A stretch of DNA of 64,000 nucleotides from Mytilus edulis (lineage: Eukaryota). A program made the translations under genes and the position numbers. Below, piece by piece: positions 27,090 through 41,555 of the stretch. The stretch covers positions 57,226,001 to 57,290,000 of the forward strand of contig NC_092351.1 of the NCBI RefSeq assembly GCF_963676685.1, given 5' to 3'. The notes beneath the pieces were generated by a model. That model searched no databases, was not told the DNA's origin, and saw only the letters and a list, made by a program, of their open reading frames with translations. Position 1 is the first letter of the stretch. Each line of letters opens with the position of its first letter.

Positions 27090-27913
27090 GTAATGTGCTC
27101 TAAATATTGTTTAATAGACCTTGTGTTACACGTGTCTAATAATATGTCCTAAATACTCCATGTATTCAAGTGTAAATCGGATACTGGTAACAACTGACAC
27201 CAGACCGAACCCAAGAGACAGACACATATGAAGGACATAAGGATACGTTAATTGAAATTCTCTTTTATCTCGTTGCAGTTCACTATATATTCACTAGTGC
27301 TATTATTTTTAAGAGGACGCAATTTTAGATCACAACAGGTTGAAGTGTTCGATGATGTATGCATAGCAGAAGACGCTCGACCTGTGTATGCATCCTAAAT
27401 CGTTTCCTTGATCGGTCACGCGATTATATTCGTTTTAGTTTTTGTCTTAACTTGTATAATCTTAATTGATTTGTGGTATTTGAAGGTCTGTTACCTACAA
27501 TTGCCTCTAATTTCAGTAATTTTGGTTGAATAAAGACCAATATGGCCATTAATCATTCCTCTACATGTAAAATGCTGTATCACTTTATTGGTTTTGATGA
27601 TAAACAGTTACCTTCATGGATGACACCTATATTAAGGGAAATAATTCTTGAAATCAGTAAAACGTTTGTAACATTCTGTTTTAATACAGATTTTAAGCAC
27701 TCATGTGGAAAAGAAGAAAAGAAGTAAAAAATGTTTATTAACTTACATGTAGTCAATATTTATGAAAAAATATCACAAATACATCTGAGATTTGTGAGTT
27801 ATGTCACTCACCCTAGATTTGCTTAATTCACACTAAAGTCAAAAATAAAATTAGTGTACTAGTATATATGTATTGTGTTGGTGGCTAATAATTATGTATT
27901 GTTTTCTATCTAG

Positions 27914-28006
27914 GAGATAAACAAGAAACACATTACAAAAAGAATAAATATCCAATCTCTTCGTCTTGAAACGGATCAGTTAAAAAATGAAAATCGACGG
28001 TTACAG
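27914..28006 (+). CDS. Repeat coiled-coil exon (EINKKHITKRINIQSLRLETDQLKNENRRLQ)
   Basis: TTTTCTATCTAG acceptor, CAG|GTAAGA donor, 93 nt, phase 0-0. Confidence 0.78.
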
Positions 28007-28431
28007 GTAAGAGTATGTCCTCTAATTATTTCTTGATATACTTTCTGTTATACTTGCTTCAAATTTAAGATTTTTTATGCTTAATACGTGTGATATGATG
28101 TATCACTTTATTGATTTTGATGTTAAAACCTAACAGTAAACGAAACGGATGAGACCTAGATTAAGAAAGATAATTCTTGAAATCAGTAAAACGCATGTAA
28201 CATTCCGTTTTATTACAAATGTTTTAGCATTCATATGAAAAAGAAGGAAACTTATATTTGTTAGCTTAGTCAATAATTATGAAAAAATATCACAAATACA
28301 TCTGTGATTTGTGAGTAATATCACTCACCCTAGATTTGTTTAATTCACACTCAAGTGAAAAATACAATGAGTGTACTAGTATATATGTATTGTGTAAATG
28401 GCTTGACAATTTGGATTATTTTTCTATCTAG

Positions 28432-28518
28432 GATAAGACCAACATTACAAAAAGAATAAATATCCAATCTCTTCGTCTTGAAACGGATCAGTTCAAAGGT
28501 GAAAATCAAAGGTTACAA
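28432..28518 (+). CDS. Repeat coiled-coil exon (DKTNITKRINIQSLRLETDQFKGENQRLQ)
   Basis: TTTTCTATCTAG acceptor, CAA|GTAAGT donor, 87 nt, phase 0-0. The 6-nt deletion relative to the neighbouring copy preserves frame. Confidence 0.75.
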
Positions 28519-29141
28519 GTAAGTTTATGTGCTCTAATCTTTTCTTAATATACTCTGTATTTCACTTGCCTAATAAATTGACATAAACACTGATATTGAC
28601 TGGCTGTAACTTGAATAATGCTATCATCTGAAACCCGACCAAACCTGGGAGACAGAAAATAAACAAAAAATAAGGATTCATTCATTGAAATTCGCTTTGA
28701 ACTTGTAACAGGTAATTGATGTTAAGGGTCAATTTACAAGTGGCTGATGATACATCTACAAGAGAAGCTCATCCCGTCTACGCACTTGTCTTGTTCTGTT
28801 TTGTGTTCACGCGCTTTCCTTTTTTAAAGTTTTTGTCGTGATTTGTGTAATCTTTATTGATTTGTTAGAGTTGATATCTGTGAACTTTTTAAATTTTTTA
28901 AAATATTTCTACCATGAATATCACTAAAGACATATTAATTGACGAATAGATCTGTCGCAGTTAATTTGAACCTTTTATGCTATTGAATGCTCAAAAGAAT
29001 GATTTTTATACAGGCATACAATTTATTTATTTATACCTTATGTCAAGCTTAATTTCACCCTATAGACAGGTTTTCTGATTATTTGCCTTAGTTTAAGTTG
29101 CACCTTTTTACTTGTTTGGCTTCATAACTATTTTGATCTGA

Positions 29142-29185
29142 GCGTCACTGATTAGTCTTATACAGACGAAACGCGCGTCTTGCGT
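29142..29185 (+). ncRNA. Type I hammerhead remnant with core mutation (CUGAUUA)
   Basis: GCGUCA-CUGAUUA-GUC-UUAUACA-GAC-GAAA-CGCGCG-UC-UUGCGU within a retrozyme fragment at ~29103-29220; G8 is replaced at 29153. Confidence 0.8.
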
Positions 29186-29668
29186 ATTAAATTAGAAGCC
29201 TGGTACCTTTCATAACTATTAGCTTGTCGACATGTACTATTGTATTGTTTATTTGCGTATTTCTATTTTCCTGAATGTGCTGTATTCCTGTCATGTAATG
29301 ATGTCATTTGAGTGTCAGATTTAACATTGCCATACAATTGAGAGGTTCGGCTATCAACAAACCAGGTTCAGCCCACGATTTTTTCTTAAAATGTCCTATA
29401 CCAAAAAAATTAAAATTGATGTGTTTCCCTAGGTATTAGTTTGCAACCCAGAATTTGTTTTTGTCCCAATTGATTTAAGACTTTCGAACATCGGTGTGCT
29501 ACTGTTGCCTTTATTTATAGATGTAGTCGTAGTTGCGGATGCCATTATAAATATAAACACGACAAACATCTTTTTGACAGACCACCTATAATTTCTGAAC
29601 GTAAACACAAGAATTCGAAGCCGTACTTGACCTTGTCAAAATTATAAAATTAATGCTATGAATAATTA

Positions 29669-32600
29669 CACGATAGGTAATGTTGTCCTGTGATAATTTT
29701 TGTTTGTGCTGGTGATTCGGTCCTGACTAGACGGATGGGTCCTGGTTCTGTGCTGGTGGATTGTTTACATTGTATCAGAACGGTGATAAAACAACAGTTC
29801 TGTTGCTTAATTTTTCTCTGATACGTTATAAGTACCATGCGAGAAATATTACAACATTTTTTTAATTGTAAAAGTAGTGCCAAATTTGTCCTAACGACGT
29901 GCTGGTGATAAGGTAAAACCGTCCTGGCTATGTACACCTATGTCCTGGTTCTTTGCCTTTATATCTTAGTTAAAAGTGGCGAACATTCATAATCATTGAT
30001 GCAGAAAATGTGTGTAATTGATTGAAAATATACCTAGCATATACTTGGTGGATATTTCATATGAACAAAGTTGAGTCTATTTTGTTTTAATTTGATTTTT
30101 GAAAGAGGGTGCAAAATTTTTGTTGTTAAGGTGTTTTATGCATTTTAAAACTTTTATTAACTTTTGAAGATAAATGTGCTGTTAACTGTTATTGGCTAAT
30201 GAGCTGGTAACTGTTTTCCTAAAATTGACATTGTTGTAAACTTTTACTATGAAGAAAGCAATTTACCTCTGTTTACTGTTTTCTCATATACGATAATTTG
30301 AAATGCTGTTATCGGTTATCAATATTTCAAATTTACTGTAATCTGATTTGAGCAAAATACTGACCTGTTAATGGAACCCCTCTTGCCCTCTTAAGATAAG
30401 AAAATATGCATATGTTTTGCGGGATTATTTTTTTTTGCATGACCATCAAAATACGATGTAAAATATCCAATACCTATATAAAAAAAAATTATGCGATATA
30501 TTTGCCAATGGACATATTTATCAGAAACCAAATGAAGTGGGTGTTAACAACTAAACGTAACCGTATGACCTTCAACAATGACCCAAAAAATTAAAATGTA
30601 AAAGGTTTTGCATGAAAAGCAAGAGCATAAATATAGAGTAAAGGATTTTTTTCTGATTAAATTGAGCATGGAAATGAGGAATGTGTCAAAGAGACAACAA
30701 CTCGACTAAAGACCATAAAACAGCCAAAGTCCAACAATGGAGTTTCAACACAGCTAGATCGTCTTCTTTTCAAAAAATGCAAATTTTAGATGGAGGCAGC
30801 CATGCTAGCCATTAACGAAACATATTACGTCGTAAAACGTTCATGCTAAATTTCGAAGAGAAGCGAGAAAATCAAGTGAATTTTTCGAGTTTTATGTTTC
30901 GAGTTTGTTACATTGGACAACGTCAAGAAAACGTCTTTTTTCATAATCTGTGTCTTTCAATACCTACATGCATTACATTTTTTTTTATACTTCTTCTTTC
31001 AGAAATTTGCGACACAATCTTTATTTCATATATTATTTTCAATATTCATTTCAGTATTTCTGAAAAAATTTTCCCATAAAATATTGACTTACCGCTATTT
31101 TTCGTGGTAGTTGCAATATCTAATCTTGCGTCCATGTCTTCATCATATGAAAATCAAGCAAAACCTAAGTTGCAAACTATCATGTGAGTTGAGATTAGAA
31201 ATTAAGCGTAGCCCAAGCATCCCGGACATTGTTCCTCTGACAAATTTGTCCGATAGTGTAGACACTATCTTTTTTTCCAACCAAATGAATCGCCGCCTTC
31301 TTTCTGTGCATAATAATCATGTGTTCTCAGCAACTAAAATCAAATTTATTTGTAACAATTTAGTATTTACTAAAAGGATGACAATACTATTGTGTTTTTT
31401 TAATATCGGAGGGGAGGTCACTGTTTAAGTTGTTCAGCTTGAATAGTTTTGAAAATATAAATTTATTGATTAAAAAAATTTGATGCAGATTTAAAAGATA
31501 TAATTTAAAAAAAAATGTATCTATTAGCTATTAATCATCATGCATAAAAATCAAATATGCCTACATTTATTAAATTGAGTAAAAAATGAGTGAACGATGA
31601 TAACAATACCAGGAAGAAAATACTCTTTTAGATAGATATTCGTAATATTACCACGAAGCTTTTATTGTTTGTGTTTCAAACATACCTTCTCCGAAGTAAT
31701 AAATCGAAACAAAGGTATTTCACTGCACCCATTTACATCATTTTTATAATGTGTATTTTAAGTATTATCATATTAACATGAAGCCTTGATAAGTATTAAA
31801 AAATCGAATCTAAAGTCAGATATATCAAACAGTTTTTTATTTATTTTATACGTGTTCAGGACACCACAATCAAATCAAACAGGCCTTGAACGTAAAATGA
31901 ATACTCGACTGTATCATTACGATAACATAATTGCCCATTTTCAGCCCTCCTCCCCCCAAAAAATAAAAATTTAATTTAATTAACACACAAAATACATATA
32001 CATTATACATTTTGTAGCATAATGGAAATTTTTAAATTAAAATGTCGATACATAAAATAGAATTAAAACTACCTAGTATCTTCCACATGTAATGTCTGAT
32101 GTATACATGTTTATAATGACAATAACTGTTGTGAGCACAACATTCACTGCACAGTTCTAAAGTTCTTCTACGCCACAAAGCAAAATATGAATTTTGTTTC
32201 ATGAGTAACGATAGCTATTTAAAACTACTAGTAATAGCTTTCAGTAGCTGTGAGTACTCGTGGTTCAATAATTTTGTCTTTATGTCATTATTTTGTATAG
32301 AAAATTTTCTGCTTTTTGGTTGGGTTGCTGTCTCTTTTACATATTCTCTATTTCCATTTTCAATATGTAAGTGTTGTGTTGTTACACAACTGTACCAATA
32401 AAGGAGGAAAGGAGGAGGGTTTGGTTGGGTTGAGGTGGAGAGGGGTTGTTGAGCGCAAAAAAAATCATGTTTACATGAATTGAAAATTGCGGATTTTTGT
32501 TCAAGTTTATTGTTGTTTTTCTGGAATTGTTTAACATTTTACATTTTATTATTCATCCCTTATTTGATTGATTTTGTAGTTTCATTTTATCATAGATCAA

Positions 32601-34176
32601 ATTCATTTGTTCAGTGCATGTTCGCTTGTGTTAAAATGTTTTTTGATTGCGTTAAGCCATTTCAATTGATATTTTATAGTGTGTCATGTTACACTATTGA
32701 TTCAGATAAGGGTGAAGGTTTGTTACCATTTAAACGTTAAAACCCGCTGCAATTGTTTGCATCTATCATAAGTCAGGAATCTGATGTTCAGTAGTAATCG
32801 TTTACTGGTTCATAAGTGTTACTCGTTTTTTAAATAGGTGAGACCGTTTATTTTCTCGTTTTAATAGTTTTACACTAGTAATTGAATTTGTGTGATTCTA
32901 TATAGCTTGCTGTTCAGTGTTAGCCATGCCACAGGCTCCGTGTTAAAGACCGTACTTTGACCTAAAATGGTTTAATCTATAAATTGTGACTTGGAGGGAG
33001 AGTTGTCTCATTGGCACTCATACCGCATCTTCTTATATCTGTTAGCCCTGTCACGAGTGCCCAAACCAGTGGTTGTCGATGGTCGCAATCTTTTATAATA
33101 ATAATTTGTTTTTTTCTTCAAACTTGTATTTTAAATCAGGCCGAACGTCTTCGTTATAGCTAGCATTCGTTATGTTTTTTGCTCGTTGTTGAGGGTCATA
33201 CTTTGACTTGCAATTGTTCATATCGTGTTCCACTCTAGTAAGTTTTTTTCAGTCATGTATGATAAGCAAGTCTGGGTCTTTTTTTATCCAGTGCGAATGT
33301 ATTGGAGACAGTGTATATATTAAGGAAGAAATTGGTGGCACCAGTAGTCAGATCATCTTACCACCAAGATGACCTCGTATATATAATTGAAACAAACCAG
33401 TCAAACGTTTATTGTCGTAATAATTATCGCTTTACCCAAAGCACCTTTTAATTGTTAGTTAGCATATTATGTAGAGAATCATCAATTTAAGGACATAAAT
33501 ATCTTAAATAAAACTATTCTAATTAGATATATTTTCATCTGATATTAGACGTAATATGTTGTCCTTTTATAGTATAGAAGTTACGATTATTTGAAAACGC
33601 TTATTAAACAGCCCAACGAAAGCACACAAGTAAAAATAGGTGTCACAAATCCGATTGATTACAATTATCTGCCCAATTTTATTCATTGTGTAACGTTTGT
33701 TTTAAATCAGGACCAACTTTTTACAATAAAACACCGTATCAGGACCCACCAGCACAATGACAGGACTCGCCAGCAATGAATCAAGACATGTCTATACTGA
33801 AAAAATGCACAGTGTTAATAAATTGCGCAGGTTTTTCACAAAAAAAATTTTGAAGTGTGGATTTGGGTTTGGAAAGCGGACTCCAGAGGAAATTTTTGCT
33901 TTATTTTTTCAGTTCTAGATTTTATAAGAATGAGCACTTTTGTGTTACGCTTACTGAAATAGTTTGAGGGTCGTATTTTACATTGTTTGCCTATGAACCC
34001 ATAAGAAACAAAATAAAATAATTTCAACTGTTTCTTTCCATTTAATTTTTTATGGCAGAAAACGTCAAAAATCATCAATTTCGTCTTTATCACATATTTT
34101 CAATGATCACCAGCAGAAGTCAGGACCAAATCACTAGCACAGAACGTTTTCTCGTTGTACAACCCTACCAACCGTG
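29669..34176. mobile_element. Putative old non-autonomous TIR element with CACG termini and nested repeats
   Basis: ~60-bp imperfect inverted ends (CACGATAGGTAATGTTGTCC...TGTGCTGGTGATTCGGTCCTGAC vs GTCAGGACCAAATCACTAGCACA...ACAACCCTACCAACCGTG) and subterminal TGCTGGTG/GTCCTG motifs. No clear TSD. Confidence 0.5.
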
Positions 34177-34380
34177 AATGTGGTCATACATATAATAAGC
34201 CGAGTTTTATGTTTATAAAAAAACATCATGTGCAATTTTATCAAAACACAGATATTTCTGTGGTCAGACAAATAATAAGTAAGTCCAATATTCGAAATTC
34301 CTCAAGTACGACAGTTCAGTAATTTAACAGCCTGTTTCTTCCGACGCGAGTTTGCTCGTTTGTGAAAGAATATATATACA

Positions 34381-35110
34381 CTAGAACACACCCGTGATAT
34401 CGCGGGTCCGTGACTGAATTAAAGTATATAACTATGCGCAAGCCTTATTTTAGTATTAGTACTGTCATCTGATAAAGTCATGCCGATTATAAGATACACA
34501 ATTTTCTCTGCTTTCAAATCTTTCTGTTTGAACCCGTCGAACTGGAACTTATCAATTATTGATAATATTAATTATTTGGAAAACAAAAGGTCCTGGAATG
34601 GAGTATTTTTTAATCAACAGCATTGTCCTATATTAGTTATAAATAAAGTTGAATTCTTTGATTCGCTGTTTTACGTCATGCCCGCTAACAAATTGAAACT
34701 TTCCAGATTTTTAGTATTCGTATTGTTATCTTAGAAATTCTTACGGATTAAAATACTACAATAGGTAACAATTTGACAATTAAGTAATGTCAACCCTGTG
34801 ATTATGACCCGTGTATATAGCATATTAATCCTGAATATACCGTTTGGTGGTGCGCCTGTCAGATGCGGAACGTACAGATAAGGTAATAGGTAACAGGTGA
34901 TTATACTATTGGTATCGGTATCGGACTCGACCCGGAACTTCCTAATTATTGGCAATATTAATTACGTGGAAAACAAAAGGGCCTGGAGTGGTGTAATTTT
35001 AATCTACACCTTTGTACTATATTAGTTGTATATAAAGTTGAATTCTTTGATTCGTCGTTTTTACGTGATGACGGCTGACAAATTGGACCTCGTAATTTTA
35101 GTATTATAGA
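34381..35110 (-). mobile_element. Non-autonomous Helitron
   Basis: Minus strand begins A|TCTATAATACTAAAA and ends with hairpin CCCGCGATATCACGGG then TGTGTT-CTAG|T. It inserts between A and T with no TSD and has an internal ~150-bp direct repeat. Confidence 0.88.
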
Positions 35111-36256
35111 TATAGACATGTAACGTTTGAATATACTTTTCTCAGAGACGCAATTGTACTAGAACTGCTCACAATTGAGTCTTATATATCGGACCGCCGG
35201 TTTGATACTGTTTGAATTTTGAGTTGTCGGATTACAGAAATTTCTATCATTTTTTACCAAGATCTTTGAAAATCATTTCAAATGTATACACGTGAACAAT
35301 TTCATATATGCATAGATCAATCTACTGAAGAAAGGTCAAATCAAGTTTCAACAGAAGATATTGAAGATATTGTATACGTCGAGCAAACAAAGTAAACTGA
35401 ATATATACTTAAAGCACAAAGGGCACTTTGTAAAACATTTAAGATTTTCAGCAAGAACTGGACGTCAAAGAAAAAAATAATTTACAAGCTTAGTGAATTA
35501 TGAATTCTAAGACTTACGGCGCAGTCCGGTGTATCTGCGCACCTAAGACTTAAGACTTCACTTCATTCAATTAATGAAACCAATTATTGGATAATATTGT
35601 GTGAACACATTTATAACATACATTTATTTCTGTTTGTATGGTTTCACCCTCGATATTTTGAATAATGTGCGTTCAAAATTAGGGAAAACCCTGTTCTGAG
35701 AATTCCTTCAATGTCCGGTGATTTCGCGCATGCCTTCCAAAAATAGATTATTTCGAATAAAGGAAGGATTTTATACTGCGAAATATAGCTGAATTTGAAC
35801 CTTACACAATGCAAAAGATGCAGAGCAAAAATTATTATTTTAATCTGATATAATTTTGACATAAATAAAACAAATTTTATCTGATGATGTAATTATTTTA
35901 ATGAAAATTGGCCAAATATGGCAAATCACAGGATTGCAGTTATTAATTAACTCTTGAACTTATCAATTTTATTCTTTTTCATCCCTTCGGAAGGCTAAAA
36001 CAATAACAAGAACGATTTTATTTGTGTTACTGTGTTGATATGACGAAATCAGCTAATGCACGATATCACCGGCCGCGCGGACACCGGGGACTCCACTGTT
36101 ACTAACCAAATAGCAAACCATGTGTTCACCTCATCAGTTCGAGCAACAACTGATCTGCATTATCGAGTATAAAATTTGATTCGTGTAATAATTCCACTAA
36201 AGTAAAGAAAACTTTCTTTAGTACACAATAGTATCGATAAGGTGTCACTGTTAACA

Positions 36257-38425
36257 CACGGATGTCAAGTTGGTTTAATATTCAACATTCAACATTCAAC
36301 ATTCAAATTTTTTTTTCTTTTTTTTTTTCTTGTTTCCATTTTCAACAGTCAACATTCGATTTCAATATTCAACATTCAACATTCAATTTTTTTTTCTTGT
36401 ATCCATTTTCAACATGCAACATTTGATTTCAACATTCAACATTCGATTTCAATATTCAACATTCAACATTCAAATTTTTTTTTTCTCGTTTCCATTTTCA
36501 ATATTCAACATTGGATATCAACATTCAACATTTGTTTTCAACATTCGGTATTCAACTTTCAACATTCGTTTTTAACATTCAACATTTGTTTTCAACATTC
36601 AACATTCGTTTTCAACATTCAACATTCATTTTCAACATTCAACATTCGATTTTCAATTTTCGACATTCGTTTTCAACATTCAACATTCGTTTTCAACATT
36701 CGATTTTCAACTTTCAACATTCGTTTTCAACTTTCAACATTCGTTTTCAACATTCAACATTCGTTTTCAACATTCAACATTCGTTTTCAACATTCGGTTT
36801 TCAACTTTAAACATTCGTTTTCAACATTCAACATTCGTTTTCAACTTTCGATTTTCAACTTTCAACATTCGTTTTCAACATTCAACATTCGTTTTCAACA
36901 TTCAACATTCGTTTTCAACATTCAACATTCGTTTTCAACATTCGATTTTCAACTTTCAACATTCGTTTTCAACTTTTAACATTCGTTTTCAACATTCAAC
37001 ATTCGTTTTCAACATTCAACATTCGTTTTCAACATTCGGTTTTCAACTTTAAACATTCGTTTTCAACATTCAACATTCGTTTTCAACTTTCGATTTTCAA
37101 CTTTCAACATTTGTTTTCAACATTCAACATTCGTTTTCAACATTCAACATTCGTTTTCAACATTCGATTTTCAACTTTCAACATTCGTTTTCAACATTCG
37201 ATTTTCAACTTTCAACATTCGTTTTCAACTTTCAACATTCGTTTTCAACATTCATTATTCGTTTTCAACATTCAACCTTCGTTTTCAACACTCGGTTTTC
37301 GATTTTCAACTTTCAACATTCGTTTTCAACATTCAACATTCGTTTTCAAAATTCAACATTCGTTTTCAACATTCAACATTCGTTTTCAACATTCGATTTT
37401 CAACTTTCAACATTCGTTTTCAACATTCAACATTCGTTTTCAACATTCAACATTGGTTTTCAACATTCGATTTTCAACCTTCAACACTCGTTTTCAAAAT
37501 TCAACATTCGTTTTCAACATTCAACATTCGTTTTCAACATTAGTTTTTTCAACTTTCAACATTCATTTTCAACATTCAACATTCGTTTTCAACATTCAAC
37601 ATTCGTTTTCAACATTCAGCATTCGTTTTCAACATTCGATTTTCAACCTTCAACACTCGTTTTCAAAATTCAACATTCGTTTTCAACATTCAACATTCGA
37701 TTTTCAATTTTCGACATTCGTTTTCAACATTCAACATTCGTTTTCAACATTCGATTTTCAACTTTCAACATTCGTTTTCAACTTTCAACATTCGTTTTCA
37801 ACATTCAACATTCGTTTTCAACATTCAACATTCGTTTTCAACATTCAACATTCGTTTTCAACATTCGATTTTCAACTTTCAACATTCGGTTTTCAACTTT
37901 AAACATTCGTTTTCAACATTCAACATTCGTTTTCAACTTTCGATTTTCAACTTTCAACATTCGTTTTCAACATTCAACATTCGTTTTCAACATTCAACAT
38001 TCGTTTTCAACATTCGATTTTCAACTTTCAACATTCGTTTTCAACTTTTAACATTCGTTTTCAACATTCAACATTCGTTTTCAACATTCAACATTCGTTT
38101 TCAACATTCAGCATTCGTTTTCAACATTCGATTTTCAACCTTCAACACTCGTTTTCAAAATTCAACATTCGTTTTCAACATTCAACATTCGTTTTCAACA
38201 TTAGTTTTCTCAACTTTCAAAATTCATTTTCAACATTCAACATTCGTTTTCAATATTCAACATTCGTTTTCAACATTCAACATTCGTTTTCAACATTTGA
38301 TTTTCAACTTTCAACATTCAACATTCGTTTTCAACATTTGATTTTCAACTTTCAACATTCAACATTCAACATTCGTTTTCAACATTTGATTTTCAACTTT
38401 CAACATTCAACATGTGATATCCGTG
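36257..38425 (+). repeat. TTCAACA/TTCGTTTTCAACA-based complex satellite bounded by short inverted termini
   Basis: ~2.1 kb of 7- and 13-bp units; starts CACGGATGTCA and ends TGATATCCGTG. Confidence 0.92.
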
Positions 38426-40788
38426 TATATTTGAGTCCATTCGTTTTTCATTTTGAATTATCAAAAACAAAAAAACAAAAACGAGAATGTTTTCATTGTA
38501 CGTTTTTGATTTTTCAATATGAAAAACAAAAGTGTTTCCGTTTTTCGTTTTCGATATTACTAAAGAAGAGTTTTGTATTTAATTTATTTATTTTTAGATA
38601 CATAATGTAATATGTTTTCCTTTCTTGTTTCACAGTCATTGAAAATAGTGCCAATGTAGGGGGGCAATATAAACACTCCTGTGTTAATTCAACATAATTT
38701 ATACAAAATAAACCGCATGACTTCTGAATTGAAATACGGTGATAAAGTAATCAAAGATTTTCAAATTACCTTGTTTATACCTTTGATAAGGAATGAATTA
38801 TCATATTTAAATATTAAACGAATCACAAATTTAAATTGTACAATATAATATTACGATACATAAAAATGGTACAAATACATAGATTTGTTACAACATGATA
38901 CTTATAAGGGAGGTAATTACTTTTTAAAACTGACAAGAAAACTAGCCTGGTCGTTAAAGTATACATGCACAGCGGTTGTCAGAACAATATTATTTTGATC
39001 TAAGATAATGTCGACGGATGAAAAAGTCTTAAACAATCTGAACACGGGTGCGTGAACTTTACTTTTAAGTTTAGAAAGGTCGATCTAAGATTATTAGAAT
39101 TGATGACCAACGTCCATCACCTGCCAGTATTTTCAGTACCGTGAACATCGAGGACGATATTAAATGTGTTTTGCTTGATAGATTGATTAAAAAACAAATT
39201 TCCGCAATTTCACAATTCAAACCTGGACAAGCATTCAATTATTTTGGCATTCGGAGCCTATAGGGTTTTAGTTTTGCTTATTTGTGAAGTCTATATATAT
39301 GGTGACCTGAACTAGAGGGCGTTGATGGGGAATTATGTAATTGAGAATAGTTGACAAAAAATATAAATAATAGAGACAATGGACCAAGAAATAAATAAAA
39401 ATTTTTAAAGCTAGAATAATGGTGTTAAAATATAAAGAGAAGAGAAAAATTGGCAAAAAGTATAAAGAATAGAGAAAAATTGCCTAAAATATCAAAGAAT
39501 ACAGAAATTAAGAACCCTGAATCCAGACCATCATACTAGTTGCCTTAATCAATGTTTAGTTTGTCTCTGGGAGATTTGCATTGGTTATCATACGGTTTCT
39601 CTTTATTTCGATGGCTATTAATTAAGATACGAGCTTTCATTATTTGCCAACATATTACATATCACATTATAAAAAAAAATACTATTATTTTTTGCAAACT
39701 ACCATAGATTTGCGGGTAATTGTTCTCCATAAAACCACATTGGAGTCCACTTTTTTTTTCATGTGGACTTAAGCTAACCACCCTACCCTACCATTACCGA
39801 AAAGATTATAAAACACATTTCAACGGCAATACTTTTGTCCGCACAATGTGTAAAGGGGAGCTTGGTAGGCTAGCTGATGTCTACTGGAGAAAATAATCAA
39901 CATGATCAAGGTTGCTGTTCGGCTTATTTTATTTTTAAAAGATAGGTCCAAAGTCGGGGTCGGACACTTAACCCAACCCTTACCGAAAATTTTATAAAAA
40001 ATTTCCTCACTAGGTGCAAAGGGAAGCATGACAGCAGAGGTTTACAGTAGAAAAATCCAAAGTAGGTCTCAAGTTGAGGTCGGATACCCAACCCAACCCT
40101 TACCGGATAGTTAATAAGAACAATTCAGCGGCAATACTTTTATCTGCACTAGGCGAAAACGTAAGCTATAGATATAGGGCATACTTGATCAAAATTACAA
40201 GTTTGGGTATAGCTAGGATTAATTTTTTAAAGCTAATAAATAATTCCTTGCCCACCATACTTTGAATACAAAAAATAAACCTTTAGTCTAATCATAATTA
40301 AGCGAAATCCACTAGTTCCGAGGTAGAATGTTTTGTAAAATCAGTTTTATGTGGTAAAAAAACTTTCTTTTCTTCTAATGCAGAGCAATTATTACTGTTC
40401 ATGAACTATTTCATAGGATGCGGATAATATGGAAGCTATATATTTCACACAATAGAGCAATTTGCCATCATTTAAAAATAATCATAACTATTTACGATTC
40501 TATAAACACACAAAATTGTTGACTTTTTAAAATGTAAAGCGTGCTACACACTGTATAATATATTGAAAGCGATTTCTATTGCCTTTATACAACTAACGAA
40601 CCATAAATGAAATTTAAAAAAAATCATTAAATATTGTATTTGACTGCTTAACTATATATTGAAAACTGGTGATATAGTGGTTATTTATTAATAAAACATT
40701 TGAAGTATGTTTGAGTATATATATTTGAAAGCTGGATGCTAACGACGGACTGCTTGAGCCTAGTCTCACAAACTCCGCATTTGCATTA

Positions 40789-41050
40789 CAGCCGATTGTA
40801 TTGAGTGTGTAGACAAAGGTAATATCATTGGTTACCTTTCTTGTTAAACCGTGAAGTCATTTTTAGGTAAGGTATACTACCCTTCTGTGGAAGTAACCTA
40901 GTCCTACAGACAGTTTGATTGGTTATATGTCGGACCAGTCTGCTCTTAAAGGAGGATAGTTTATCTAACCTAATAATGACTTCACCATACAGCTAGCAAG
41001 CAATCTAACCAAGGATACCACCTTTGCTTACACACTCACTGAATCGTCTG
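40789..41050. mobile_element. Palindromic MITE, TA TSD (Tc1/mariner-like)
   Basis: TA|CAGCCGATT...AATCGTCTG|TA; the arms are ~120-bp imperfect reverse complements (TGAGTGTGTA/TACACACTCA, GTGAAGTCATT/AATGACTTCAC). Confidence 0.8.
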
Positions 41051-41414
41051 TAACGTCTTTACATTACATGTTGCAACACCTTGCCAAATTATTGGGCTCC
41101 AGTAAATGTTTGGAAAGTTAAGTAAATGTTTGGAAAGTAATGAAATCTGTAATGGTAGTTTGTAAAAACAATGTCAAAATCGAAATGTAACTGACAAAAG
41201 AAGTTACATACATTAAAAAAGGTTGAGACATTGAAGGCCAAATAAGTTTTCATATTTCACATTCTTGCGTGTCTTATAGTTATCCGACGGTCATTATAGA
41301 GTTTACAAAGTAATTTAATACTAAGGCAAAAGTTAATGTAGATTTTCATTGGTGAAATTTAGACTGCAATACAAATAAAGGATTCTCAAATGATCATGAC
41401 TTTGGTTTGTAGTA

Positions 41415-41555
41415 NNNNNNNNNNNNNNNNNNNNNNNNNNNNNNNNNNNNNNNNNNNNNNNNNNNNNNNNNNNNNNNNNNNNNNNNNNNNNNNNNNNNNN
41501 NNNNNNNNNNNNNNNNNNNNNNNNNNNNNNNNNNNNNNNNNNNNNNNNNNNNNNN
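41415..41555. other. Assembly gap (141 N)
   Basis: Run of N. Confidence 1.

Larger units (their letters stand above)
27575..28560 (+). repeat. Recent tandem duplication (~518-bp unit), each unit carrying one repeat exon
   Basis: The block TGTATCACTTTATTG...TCACTCACCCTAGATTTG...CTAGTATATATGTATTGTG...exon occurs twice; exon starts are 27914 and 28432. Confidence 0.85.

Noticed and set aside
36257-38425. CRISPR-like array
   Set aside because: No unique spacers, eukaryotic context and no cas genes.
36242-38610. Long ORFs of FNIQHS/STFNIRF repeats (also 43917-44288)
   Set aside because: They are translations of a stop-poor TTCAACA satellite, open in several frames at once.
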